Below, in pieces: positions 1 through 8,130 of a stretch of 30,943 nt of DNA. Origin of the DNA: a virus (lineage: Duplodnaviria; Caudoviricetes); IMG/VR virus record IMGVR_UViG_3300010413_000119, positions 1-30,943 of that record; one strand, written 5' to 3'. Numbering within the stretch: position 1 is the stretch's first letter; the number at the start of each line of letters is the position of its first letter. Both the position numbers and the translations under genes were made by a program. A model generated the notes under the pieces. It saw nothing but the letters and a program-made list of their open reading frames with translations. It ran no database searches and had not been told where the DNA came from.

Positions 1-2
1 CA

Positions 3-293
3 AAGTACCCGACTCGTGAACTCACCCCGGAGGAGCATGAGCAGTATGACCGGTTCGGGTACGTGCTGTTCGAGCGTTACCCGGATGAGATGCTGCCTGT
101 AACCGGTACGTTCTGGACCAAGGAGCAGCTTGAGTCAGGTTGCGGTGGAATGACTACCATGTCTCGTGCCATCGCTGAAACGTATGCCAGAGACCCGAAG
201 TTCTACGGTGGTACATTCTGCGTGCATTGTGGCCGCCACTTCCCAGTAGCGGAGTTTGTCTGGGCGGATGATGGCGAGGTAGTCGGATCATGA
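3..293 (+). CDS. 5'-truncated phage hypothetical protein with putative Zn-binding Cys/His motif
   Basis: Frame is open from nt 3 (KYPTRELTPEEHEQYDRFGY...), so the true start lies left of the window. Motif CG...TTM..AIAETYARDP.FYG.TFCVHC..HFP. Stop overlaps the next start (ATGA). Confidence 0.75.
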   Translation, partial: KYPTRELTPEEHEQYDRFGYVLFERYPDEMLPVTGTFWTKEQLESGCGGMTTMSRAIAETYARDPKFYGGTFCVHCGRHFPVAEFVWADDGEVVGS

Positions 294-556
294 GCATGGT
301 AAGAGAAACATACCCAAAGTTACCCATCTATGTCTGTCACAAGGAAGTGCAGGCAGCCCGAATCATCGAGATACAGAGAGTAGGAGCTGGTTACGCTCTG
401 ACTCTTGAAGGTGTAGGGCCGGTGATAACTGTCACTAAGGAATGGTACGACAAACACAACCCGCATCCATGGGGCTACTATGTGGTCTACAAGGATGGCT
501 ACGCTTCCTATTCACCACCACGAGCCTTTGAAGAAGGCTATACACTGAAGGAGTAG
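290..556 (+). CDS. phage hypothetical protein with GYYVVY.DGY.SYSP...FEEGY motif
   Basis: SD-like GAGGT upstream and ATGA coupling. I recognise the motif from a common phage domain often fused to DUF2829/Tad2-like domains. Confidence 0.75.
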   Translation: MSMVRETYPKLPIYVCHKEVQAARIIEIQRVGAGYALTLEGVGPVITVTKEWYDKHNPHPWGYYVVYKDGYASYSPPRAFEEGYTLKE

Positions 557-560
557 TATC

Positions 561-734
561 ATGGCTGATGATAAGAAAATGCCCGACAACTCACGCAGAC
601 ACGACCAGCGCTCACCCGCTGGCAAGTTCGTTGATGGAGTGCGTGACTTCTTCCACGAGCATGTGACCAAGCCCATTGGTGAGGAGATAAAGCGGGAGAT
701 GACCGGCAAGAAGAAGGAGGAGGGTAAGAAGTGA
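561..734 (+). CDS. 57-aa hypothetical protein missing from the ORF track (MADDKKMPDN...KKKEEGKK)
   Basis: GAAGGAG-tagtatc-ATG at 561. Fills the gap between neighbours; its TGA overlaps the GTG of the next ORF. Confidence 0.75.
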   Translation: MADDKKMPDNSRRHDQRSPAGKFVDGVRDFFHEHVTKPIGEEIKREMTGKKKEEGKK

Positions 735-982
735 CCATGACCTGCACAAGTAGTTACCTCGACCAGGACTGCACTATTAATCTTGCTGAACTTGTCGATA
801 TGACGCTGCACTTCACCAGCCAGACAGACGATGTTCTGTATGAGGGTGAGCTTGGTGAGTGGCATGGCGTGTCGGTGATTGAAGACCCTTACCCTGTAGT
901 CAACCCGGTGACAGGTGATGTAGTCAAAATGGCTGACGGCACCAAGTATCTTGTCACCAGCAAAGGATGGAGGAAGCTGTGA
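731..982 (+). CDS. hypothetical protein containing a capsid-like GELG.W.GV.VIE motif
   Basis: GGAGGAGG upstream; start at GTG 731 or ATG 737; TGATG coupling to the next gene. Confidence 0.7.
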   Translation: MTMTCTSSYLDQDCTINLAELVDMTLHFTSQTDDVLYEGELGEWHGVSVIEDPYPVVNPVTGDVVKMADGTKYLVTSKGWRKL

Positions 983-1347
983 TGATTGAATTTATTCTAT
1001 CCATAATGGGGGCTGCAGCGCTGATTGTCGCTGCTATCGCTATGGCGTTTATGATCAACCTTGCCATGGAAGCATCAAGAGGACTTCACCTGACCTGGGA
1101 TGTGGTGATGAAGGATGCCTCAGTCACCGGGCGAGATATCATTCTCAGTGGCCGAACGTTTAGCGATGCTGATGCACTACTCGATAGGATGAGGCGACAG
1201 GGTGACAGGCTGGCCAATATAAGAACCATTAGTGACTTCTATCGTAAAGATGCTTGCTCAAAGCAATTTGCGCGATGTACCAGCTTATATATGAGACCCA
1301 GGATAACCTGGGGGCCTGAACCACCAATGGAATCGGGCATGTTCTGA
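982..1347 (+). CDS. hypothetical membrane-anchored protein
   Basis: Start moved from 967 to 982 (GGAGGA SD, TGATG overlap). Hydrophobic N-terminal helix FILSIMGAAALIVAAIAMAFMINLA. Confidence 0.65.
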   Translation: MIEFILSIMGAAALIVAAIAMAFMINLAMEASRGLHLTWDVVMKDASVTGRDIILSGRTFSDADALLDRMRRQGDRLANIRTISDFYRKDACSKQFARCTSLYMRPRITWGPEPPMESGMF

Positions 1348-1580
1348 TGACTCGTGGCTATAGATATACAGGGCTTAGATACGCATCGAGCAGGGAGCGT
1401 GGTCGTAATTATGAATATGCGCCCCATGGCAATCGTGTGGTATTGAAGTTCCTGGTGAGAGGAAGCAGCGAGGAACCAAGTAAGACCCTCTATCGTGACA
1501 TACCATTCAGGGCTTGGTTGTTGCGAATGAGGAAGTTTCAATATACAGGAGATGTGTCATGGCTGACTCACAGAAAGTAG
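1347..1580 (+). CDS. small basic hypothetical protein
   Basis: TGATG coupling with the upstream gene; Arg/Tyr-rich, 77 aa. Confidence 0.5.
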   Translation: MTRGYRYTGLRYASSRERGRNYEYAPHGNRVVLKFLVRGSSEEPSKTLYRDIPFRAWLLRMRKFQYTGDVSWLTHRK

Positions 1581-1702
1581 TAACAACAAGCCGCTCGTGG
1601 AAAGCTGAGTGTGATGCCGCAGACAAGACCAAAGAGGACAAGACTGCGTACCAGTTTTCCAACGGTAAGAAGTTCGTGGTCCCGGAGAAGCCTCGTGGAT
1701 AA
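1559..1702 (+). CDS. 47-aa hypothetical protein (MADSQKVVTT...)
   Basis: AGGAG-atgtgtc-ATG at 1559 is a better start than 1514. Confidence 0.65.
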   Translation: MADSQKVVTTSRSWKAECDAADKTKEDKTAYQFSNGKKFVVPEKPRG

Positions 1703-1715
1703 TCGCGAGAACTCC

Positions 1716-1856
1716 ATGTTCTACGAGCAATATATAAGACTGCCCGAGGCAATCAGGCAGTATTATTCGTATCATGAGTATTGCTGGATGAGTGAGCGGC
1801 AGCGCAATAACTTGGTGGCGGATAACACTGAGCCGGAGGAGTGGGACGATGACTAA
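1716..1856 (+). CDS. 46-aa hypothetical protein (MFYEQYIRLPEAIRQYYS...)
   Basis: ATG 13 nt after the previous stop; protein-like composition; overlaps the next start. Confidence 0.6.
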   Translation: MFYEQYIRLPEAIRQYYSYHEYCWMSERQRNNLVADNTEPEEWDDD

Positions 1857-2208
1857 CAAGACGATTATCGACTTAACGAGCGACCCTAACATCGTCGCTC
1901 TTGACTTTGAGACGGCTAAGTTTATGGCCGAACTCCTGCACAAACATTACCCGGATCACCTCTGGGGTGTGACAGTGCAAAGCGATCAGGGAATTGCTAC
2001 AGTGCGCAATCTTCGCCTATCGGGTAACTGGGGCTTCATCCTGAAGATGAAGAACATAGCAACGCGAAAGGAGCTTCGACGCAATACCATGATGGCAGGC
2101 GGTGAGCTTCTTGAACGGTATCGACTCAGCCGTGGAAGATTCAGAGCAGAAGAGTACCTGGACCTCAAGGTTGACTATGCCGGTCGCATACTCGGAGACA
2201 AAGGGTAA
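1849..2208 (+). CDS. conserved-looking phage protein immediately upstream of portal
   Basis: Start at ATG 1849 with GGAGGAG nearby. Motif AELLHKHYP.HLW.V...G...VRNL.LSG.WGF; TAATG coupling to portal. Confidence 0.7.
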   Translation: MTNKTIIDLTSDPNIVALDFETAKFMAELLHKHYPDHLWGVTVQSDQGIATVRNLRLSGNWGFILKMKNIATRKELRRNTMMAGGELLERYRLSRGRFRAEEYLDLKVDYAGRILGDKG

Positions 2209-4286
2209 TGGAAGGACAACAAGACAAAGACCCATGGCTGGCGCGTGCGTCACACGCATTCTCTGACTCCACTACCTACTTCGATACCAACATCAGGGCG
2301 GCTATCGAGGAGGACATCAAGCGCTTCCAGGGGAGACACCCATCAGGGTCGAAGTATTACACCGACTCCCACAGGTCTCGCTCGCGTCTATTCAGGCCGG
2401 TGACCCGCTCTGGTATTCGTACTGATGAAGCCACAGCTGCAGCTGCATTTTTCTCTACCCAGGAAGTGGTGAACGTACAGCCCAATGATGACAACGACCA
2501 ACTGCAGATGATCTCTGCTGACCTTAATCAGCAACTCCTGCAGTACCGGCTCACCAAATCCATTCCCTGGTTCATGATCTGCATTGGTGCTTACCAGGAT
2601 GCACTCAACGTTGGTGTGGTGTGTTCATATCAGAACTGGGAATACGATGAGAATAAGGGCAAAGACCAGCCAATGATTGATCTCATCCCTGTGGAGAATA
2701 TCCGCATCTCACCCAGCGCAAAGTGGTATGACCCTATCAATACCAGTCCCTATGTCATTCACCTCATCCCAATGTATGTGAAGGACGTAGAGGCAATGAT
2801 GGATAAGGTTGACCCAAAGACAGGTGAGCCAAAGTGGAAGAAGCTCACCAGAGACCAGATTGGTTCAGCCACACGACACATCAACGACTCAGTGAGACAG
2901 ACACGCGAAGAGAAGCGGACTGACTCCACTGAAGGCGATCAGAGCATCCATGAGTTCACCATCGTCTGGATACATCGCAACATCATGGAGTTCGATGGGG
3001 TAGACAAGATTTACTACACCCTTGGCACTGAATTTATGCTGAGTGACCCCAAGCCGCTCAAAGAGGTCTATCACCACGGCAATCGTCCATACGTCATGGG
3101 CTGCACTGTCATCGAAACACACCGCACTTATCCAAGCTCACCTAACCGACTCGGTAAAGACCTGCAGAAGGAAATTAACGAGATCGCAAACACTCGCATC
3201 GACAACATTCGTTTCGCACTGAGTAAGCGATACTTTGCTGCGCGAGACCGGCAAGTGGACATCCGTTCACTCATCCGAAACGTAACCGGCTCAGTCACTC
3301 TGATGAAAGACCCGGACAAGGATGTGAAGGTCCAGGAGACCAAGGACGTTACCTCATCCAGCTACCAGGAGCAGGACCGACTGAAGGTTGAGTACGATGA
3401 ATTGATGGGTCACTTCTCCGGCTCATCAGTACAGTCCAATCGCAACCTCAATGAGACGGTCGGTGGTATGGAGATGCTGAGCAACGATGCCAATAAGGTA
3501 TCCGAGTACCAGCTGCATGTGTTCGTAGAGACCTGGGTTAAGCCAGTGCTGCGACAGATAATGAAGCTGGAACAGACCTACGAGAGCGACGAGACCATTC
3601 TCGCCTTGGCCGGGGTAAAAGCTGGGTTACCTGAGAAGTATGGTGTCCATGACATCACTGATGAGATGCTGCAGCAAGAGTTGTTACTGAGCATCAATGT
3701 TGGTATCGGTGCCACCAATCCGCAAATCCAGGCTGAGCGATTCATCTACGGCATGAAGTCCATTCGTGAGATGCTGGGTGATGATGTCATCATGAAACTT
3801 AACCCGGAAGAGATCATCACTGAGCTGTTCGGCAAACTGGGTTACAAGGACGGTTCCAGGTTCTTCAACTTTGGTGATGAGGAGAACCCGCAGCTGGCAC
3901 AGTACCTCAGTATCATCGAGCAGCTGCAGCAACAGCTGGCGCTCAAAGAATCACCGGAAATCACCGCAGCCAAAGTCGAGGAGATACTGGCTAAGGTGGA
4001 TAAGATACGGGCCGAGACAGTCAAGATTGGTGTCGAGGCTCAGTATGCCGCCATGCAAGGCGGTGAAGTCGTTGCCTCCATTCCTGAGGTCACTCCTATT
4101 GGCGATCAGATACTTCGTAATGCTAACCCCTCGGTCACTGAGGACGAAGCACTACAAGCTCCTGACAGGCCGATATCGCAGCTAGCGCTGGAGCATCGAC
4201 AGAATACGACTCCTTACCTTCCTCCCGTACCACAGGAGGCGGACCAGGGGGCATACCAGGGGATAGAAACCCAGGAGAGTGACTAA
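2208..4286 (+). CDS. portal protein (podovirus type)
   Basis: 692 aa, first large gene of the head module. Portal-like motifs RSRLFRP.TR, DLQKEINEIAN.RIDN, NETVGGM, F.ETW.KP; coiled-coil/Gln-rich C-terminus. Confidence 0.88.
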   Translation: MEGQQDKDPWLARASHAFSDSTTYFDTNIRAAIEEDIKRFQGRHPSGSKYYTDSHRSRSRLFRPVTRSGIRTDEATAAAAFFSTQEVVNVQPNDDNDQLQMISADLNQQLLQYRLTKSIPWFMICIGAYQDALNVGVVCSYQNWEYDENKGKDQPMIDLIPVENIRISPSAKWYDPINTSPYVIHLIPMYVKDVEAMMDKVDPKTGEPKWKKLTRDQIGSATRHINDSVRQTREEKRTDSTEGDQSIHEFTIVWIHRNIMEFDGVDKIYYTLGTEFMLSDPKPLKEVYHHGNRPYVMGCTVIETHRTYPSSPNRLGKDLQKEINEIANTRIDNIRFALSKRYFAARDRQVDIRSLIRNVTGSVTLMKDPDKDVKVQETKDVTSSSYQEQDRLKVEYDELMGHFSGSSVQSNRNLNETVGGMEMLSNDANKVSEYQLHVFVETWVKPVLRQIMKLEQTYESDETILALAGVKAGLPEKYGVHDITDEMLQQELLLSINVGIGATNPQIQAERFIYGMKSIREMLGDDVIMKLNPEEIITELFGKLGYKDGSRFFNFGDEENPQLAQYLSIIEQLQQQLALKESPEITAAKVEEILAKVDKIRAETVKIGVEAQYAAMQGGEVVASIPEVTPIGDQILRNANPSVTEDEALQAPDRPISQLALEHRQNTTPYLPPVPQEADQGAYQGIETQESD

Positions 4287-4609
4287 TGGCGAGTAGAGAG
4301 CAAGACGAAGCCGAAATGCTGAGGAGAGTCGGCTTAGGCATGGATGCAGAAGTGTTCCTTCAGAGTGATCTCGGTCGGGCGTTAATGGAGGCGGCAATAA
4401 ACGAATCCATGGATGCCATGAACGAGTTAAAGACCATCAAACGGTCCTCATTCCAAAGCCCGAGACAGTACGAAGCACGCATCGAAGAGCTTCAAAATGT
4501 CGTAGCCAGGGCAGAGGGTTTTGAGACCTGGATAGCTGGTCTGATCACAGAAGGAAGAAATAATCAAGAAATATTGTTAAACTTAGACCAGGAGCAAGAT
4601 CATGACTGA
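4286..4609 (+). CDS. small helical head-module protein between portal and scaffold
   Basis: TAATG coupling; 107 aa, helical; typical position in podovirus head modules. Confidence 0.7.
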   Translation: MASREQDEAEMLRRVGLGMDAEVFLQSDLGRALMEAAINESMDAMNELKTIKRSSFQSPRQYEARIEELQNVVARAEGFETWIAGLITEGRNNQEILLNLDQEQDHD

Positions 4610-5768
4610 CAGAGCAGCTACCCCCAAGGGCGCATCGTCACGACTGGATATGATGGATAATATCTCTCGCCAGCGTGTAGGAGAAATTGCGGAAGACAAC
4701 AAGGTTGACCCCTCTACCATTATCGATGAGGAGTCACGAGCCGAAAAGTTTGTGGACCCGCGTCTCGAAGCACGACAGGATGATGAAGGAGAGGCGGCTA
4801 AAAAGGAAGAAGAAGCCGCCAAGCGCAAGGAAGAAGAGGTAACGGACCCTCAGAACAAGGATGTTCATCACCAGGAGGAAGAGGAAGGCAAGAAGCCTGA
4901 AGTGGCAGCACAGCCACAGGATATTGAGGAGTACCTTGATATCGACAGTGAAGAGGAAAAGAAGTATCGTTTCCGCGTCAAGGTCGATGGAGAGGAAAAG
5001 CTCCTCACTGCAGCTGAAATGAAACGTGGCTACCAGAAAGATGCCACTGCCTCCAAGAGGCTCGAAGAGGCTGCGAAAACAAGGAAGGAGCTTGAGGACG
5101 AAAGGAAGGTACTTGATGACCGCGAAGCTGACATAGCCAAGCGTGAGAGTGCTCTGAATAAACGGACAGTAACAACTGCTGCTGAAACTGCACTGGATGG
5201 TGGTGACAGCACACCCAATGCGCATCCACCCACTGAGGGCGATGTGAAGAAATTGCTCGATGCTCTGTATTCAGACAACGAGGACGAGGCTGTAGCGCTG
5301 TTTACTCGACTGCTGCAGCCTGGGCGCACGCAACAAGCCGAGAGTGCTACCCAAGAAGAAGCGGCTGTAATCGATGAGGCATCGATTGTAAACAAGGTCC
5401 GCAGTGCCATGTCATTTGAAGCGGCAGTTAATAGCTTCAAGGACAAATACCCGGACATCCTGGAAGATGAGCATCTAGCCAAAATGGCCGATGACTTCCT
5501 CTCCGAAGAGATGGAAACCGGAATCTCGTATGATGAAGCCTTCACCAACGCTGGTGATCGTGTTCATGACTGGATGAAGGAACGGGGAATGTCCACAGCA
5601 CAAGGCAAGTCTCGTCAAGAGATGAAGCGGGAGCTTGATACGGCAGTAGATGCCGGAGCCTCATCAACGAGCACCGTCACGGAAGAGAAGCCACAGTCCA
5701 AGTCGGACGTAATTAAAGAAATGGCTTCTGTACGTGGGGCGAGCCGTCAATACCATAACCCAACATAA
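4602..5768 (+). CDS. capsid scaffolding protein
   Basis: Acidic coiled coil with scaffold motif FRVKVDGEE..LT..E..RGYQK...A.KRLEEAA; directly upstream of the capsid gene. Confidence 0.85.
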   Translation: MTDRAATPKGASSRLDMMDNISRQRVGEIAEDNKVDPSTIIDEESRAEKFVDPRLEARQDDEGEAAKKEEEAAKRKEEEVTDPQNKDVHHQEEEEGKKPEVAAQPQDIEEYLDIDSEEEKKYRFRVKVDGEEKLLTAAEMKRGYQKDATASKRLEEAAKTRKELEDERKVLDDREADIAKRESALNKRTVTTAAETALDGGDSTPNAHPPTEGDVKKLLDALYSDNEDEAVALFTRLLQPGRTQQAESATQEEAAVIDEASIVNKVRSAMSFEAAVNSFKDKYPDILEDEHLAKMADDFLSEEMETGISYDEAFTNAGDRVHDWMKERGMSTAQGKSRQEMKRELDTAVDAGASSTSTVTEEKPQSKSDVIKEMASVRGASRQYHNPT

Positions 5769-5782
5769 AGGAGATCGCTGTC

Positions 5783-6721
5783 ATGGCTGGTCAATTATGG
5801 GTGACGGATAGCTTGGGTGGCTACATGTATAGCGATAAGCTGTCGCGAGAGCTGCGTTACGCTGTCCAACCCCTTGTAAAGTTCCGCCAGTTTGCAGACG
5901 TACATGATGCGACTGCACAAGGCAAACACCGTGGTGCAACCTTCCACTGGAATATCTACTCTGACGTAGCAACTCAGGGTACTACTCTCGTGGAAACGAG
6001 TACCATGCCCGAAACCAACTTCACCATCTTGCAGGGTACGATGACGATTACCGAGTTCGGTAACTCTGTACCGTACACCGAGAAGCTGGACGATCTCAGC
6101 CTGCATCCGGTGCGTGAAGTTATCCATAAAGTGCTGAAGAACGATGCCAAGAAGGCATTCGACCTCGCGGCACACGCGCAGTTTAACGCTACACCCCTGC
6201 GTGTAGTGTCCACTGATACCGCTGGTGCAATCATTCTGACCACCAATGGTACTGCCACTGCCACCAACTCGGTCGCACTTAACAAGTCACATGTTAAGTC
6301 CATCGTTGACATGATGAAGGAACGTAACATTCCTCCATACGTCAATGACGACTACGTGTCCATCGGTCGTCCGAGCACCTACCGCACCTTCAAGAATGAA
6401 CTGGAGCAGATTCACCTCTACGTGAACCAGGGCTTCCAGATGATCCTGAACGGTGAGATGGGGCGCTATGAAGCTGTTCGCTTTGTCGAGCAGACCAACA
6501 TCGCTGCCTCTTCCTGGACCAACTCCGCTTCTGACTGGGCCTACTTCTTCGGTGATGATACTGTCGCTGAGGGTATCGCGGTCCCTGAAGAACTGCGCGG
6601 TAAAATCCCGGATGACTACGGTCGTGGTCGTGGTGTCGCATGGTACTACGTTGGTGGCTTCGGTCTGGTACATACCGAGGCTGTCGGTGGTCGTATCGTT
6701 AAGTGGGACTCTGCTGCTTAA
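5783..6721 (+). CDS. major capsid protein (N4-gp56-like, HK97 fold)
   Basis: AAGGAG SD; strong C/T-ending codon bias; motifs KFRQFAD, TITEFGNSVPYT, GEMGRYEAVRFVE, AWYYVGGFG; TAATAG double stop. Confidence 0.9.
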   Translation: MAGQLWVTDSLGGYMYSDKLSRELRYAVQPLVKFRQFADVHDATAQGKHRGATFHWNIYSDVATQGTTLVETSTMPETNFTILQGTMTITEFGNSVPYTEKLDDLSLHPVREVIHKVLKNDAKKAFDLAAHAQFNATPLRVVSTDTAGAIILTTNGTATATNSVALNKSHVKSIVDMMKERNIPPYVNDDYVSIGRPSTYRTFKNELEQIHLYVNQGFQMILNGEMGRYEAVRFVEQTNIAASSWTNSASDWAYFFGDDTVAEGIAVPEELRGKIPDDYGRGRGVAWYYVGGFGLVHTEAVGGRIVKWDSAA

Positions 6722-6727
6722 TAGTGT

Positions 6728-6753
6728 GAGGGGGTTAAGTCCCCCTCCTCTTT
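6728..6753 (+). terminator. hairpin after capsid gene (weak terminator or RNA-stabilising structure)
   Basis: GAGGGGG-ttaagt-CCCCCTC stem followed only by CTCTTT. Confidence 0.5.
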
Positions 6754-6765
6754 AGGAGGTGCGTC

Positions 6766-6972
6766 ATGAAAGAGTCCAATGCGAGTATCAAGGGTGGCAG
6801 CAATGGTTCCCTGGGAGGGGCCACAACTGCCGATTTAAAACAAGGTTACATGAAGCAGGATGACAAGCTGCCCTCTGACTACTGTGATGAGGACGAGGAG
6901 TCTTTCCTGGATGAACTGTACGAGAAACCCGATGGAGGCTTCGTAGGCCGACCAAAAGGCTTTGAGAGGTAA
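6766..6972 (+). CDS. small post-capsid protein
   Basis: AGGAGG-tgcgtc-ATG; 68 aa, Gly-rich and acidic. Confidence 0.75.
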   Translation: MKESNASIKGGSNGSLGGATTADLKQGYMKQDDKLPSDYCDEDEESFLDELYEKPDGGFVGRPKGFER

Positions 6973-6977
6973 TCGTC

Positions 6978-7187
6978 ATGTCTGATTCAAACTATCGTCC
7001 TAAGGGCGACCTCAGCGGTGACCCAAAGATGATCCCTGATAAGGGGAGCAAGACTGCGGTTACCGATGGTTACGGTGCCAACCTCGACCCTACCGCTACC
7101 AATCGCGAAGGCCCCATCAGTGGCTCCACGATGAGTGACGGCATGCAAGAGGGAGGCTTGAGCAAAAACAAGCGCAAGGGAGGCTAG
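6978..7187 (+). CDS. small Gly/Ser/Thr-rich, probably disordered post-capsid protein
   Basis: GAGGT SD; tightly packed with neighbours; 69 aa. Confidence 0.72.
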   Translation: MSDSNYRPKGDLSGDPKMIPDKGSKTAVTDGYGANLDPTATNREGPISGSTMSDGMQEGGLSKNKRKGG

Positions 7188-7189
7188 TC

Positions 7190-7537
7190 ATGGCCGAGTT
7201 CCGCAAAGACAAACCCCATTCCGAAATATGGGGAAGGGTGGGGGTTAAGTATTTACAGGATGGTAACTACTTCACCTCTTCAGGTGAACAGGTCGATGAG
7301 TTCGGCAAGCCTCTGAAGAAGGCTTCAAAGTCAACCAATCCGCCTGATGGTGATGGCCAGGGTGTGGCACCTCCTCAGGAGCCCCACATGAAGCACAAGG
7401 GTGGTGGTCGATACATCGTGTACGACGAGAATGGAAGTATTGTCCTGGAGGGTGTCAGGAAGCCTGAGGCCGAGGCTAAGGTCGAGGAACTGAAGGTCAA
7501 CCTGGAACAAATCAATCAGGCACTCGAAGATGGCTGA
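7190..7537 (+). CDS. two-domain small phage protein, possibly virion-associated
   Basis: GGAGG SD. N-terminal G...KYLQDG.YF...G motif, Pro-rich linker, C-terminal KHKGGGRY.V motif. Confidence 0.72.
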   Translation: MAEFRKDKPHSEIWGRVGVKYLQDGNYFTSSGEQVDEFGKPLKKASKSTNPPDGDGQGVAPPQEPHMKHKGGGRYIVYDENGSIVLEGVRKPEAEAKVEELKVNLEQINQALEDG

Positions 7538-8120
7538 GGTTAATGCTTCAGCCTTGGTACATGGAAAGAGGGAGCGTCTTAAACCAGTAGAAGATGCTCC
7601 CTTCTCCGTTATACCCCATGCAGCTATCGAGAGCCTGTGTCGATATGCTTCAGCTGCCCCCGAAGGCTGTTTCGTTGAAGTCGGGGTGTACCTGGGAGGC
7701 TCTGCCTTCTTCCTTAACCAAATTGCCCAGAAGATAGGAGTGAGACTGTATCTGTACGATACGTTCGAGGGCATCCCTTATCAGAACGAAGAAATGGGTG
7801 ACCGACATGCTGTCGGTGACTTTGATGATACCTCGCAAGGCTACGTGGCTTCGATGGTTCCTGAGGCGATCATTGTTCGCGGCATCTTCCCGCAGAGCAT
7901 TATCCCGATGCCCAAGGTTGCCTTCGCTCACATCGACTGCGATCAGTATCAGTCCATCATTGAGTCTGTTGCAGCGCTGCAGCCGTTGATGGTTGAAGGT
8001 GGGATGATGTTGTTCGATGACTATGGTTGCCTTGAAGGAGCGACCAGGGCAGTCAAGGCACTCTTCCCGGAGGACCGAATCATTCTCACAGATGCCGGTA
8101 AAGCACTGGTCATCTTCTAG
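7530..8120 (+). CDS. TylF/MycF/NovP-family sugar O-methyltransferase
   Basis: Family motifs G.FVEVGVY.GGSA, LYDTFEGIP, GDF, VRG.FP.S, AFAHIDCD.Y.S, GG...FDDYG...GA.RAV. Confidence 0.88.
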   Translation: MAEVNASALVHGKRERLKPVEDAPFSVIPHAAIESLCRYASAAPEGCFVEVGVYLGGSAFFLNQIAQKIGVRLYLYDTFEGIPYQNEEMGDRHAVGDFDDTSQGYVASMVPEAIIVRGIFPQSIIPMPKVAFAHIDCDQYQSIIESVAALQPLMVEGGMMLFDDYGCLEGATRAVKALFPEDRIILTDAGKALVIF

Positions 8121-8130
8121 GAGGACAGTC

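Noticed and set aside
6700-6770. Programmed frameshift or read-through extension of the capsid protein
   Set aside because: Tandem TAA TAG stops, no slippery sequence, and the next gene has its own SD.
8017-8130. Longer N-terminus for the methyltransferase-GT9 gene
   Set aside because: Overlaps the TylF gene; the strong SD supports ATG 8131.
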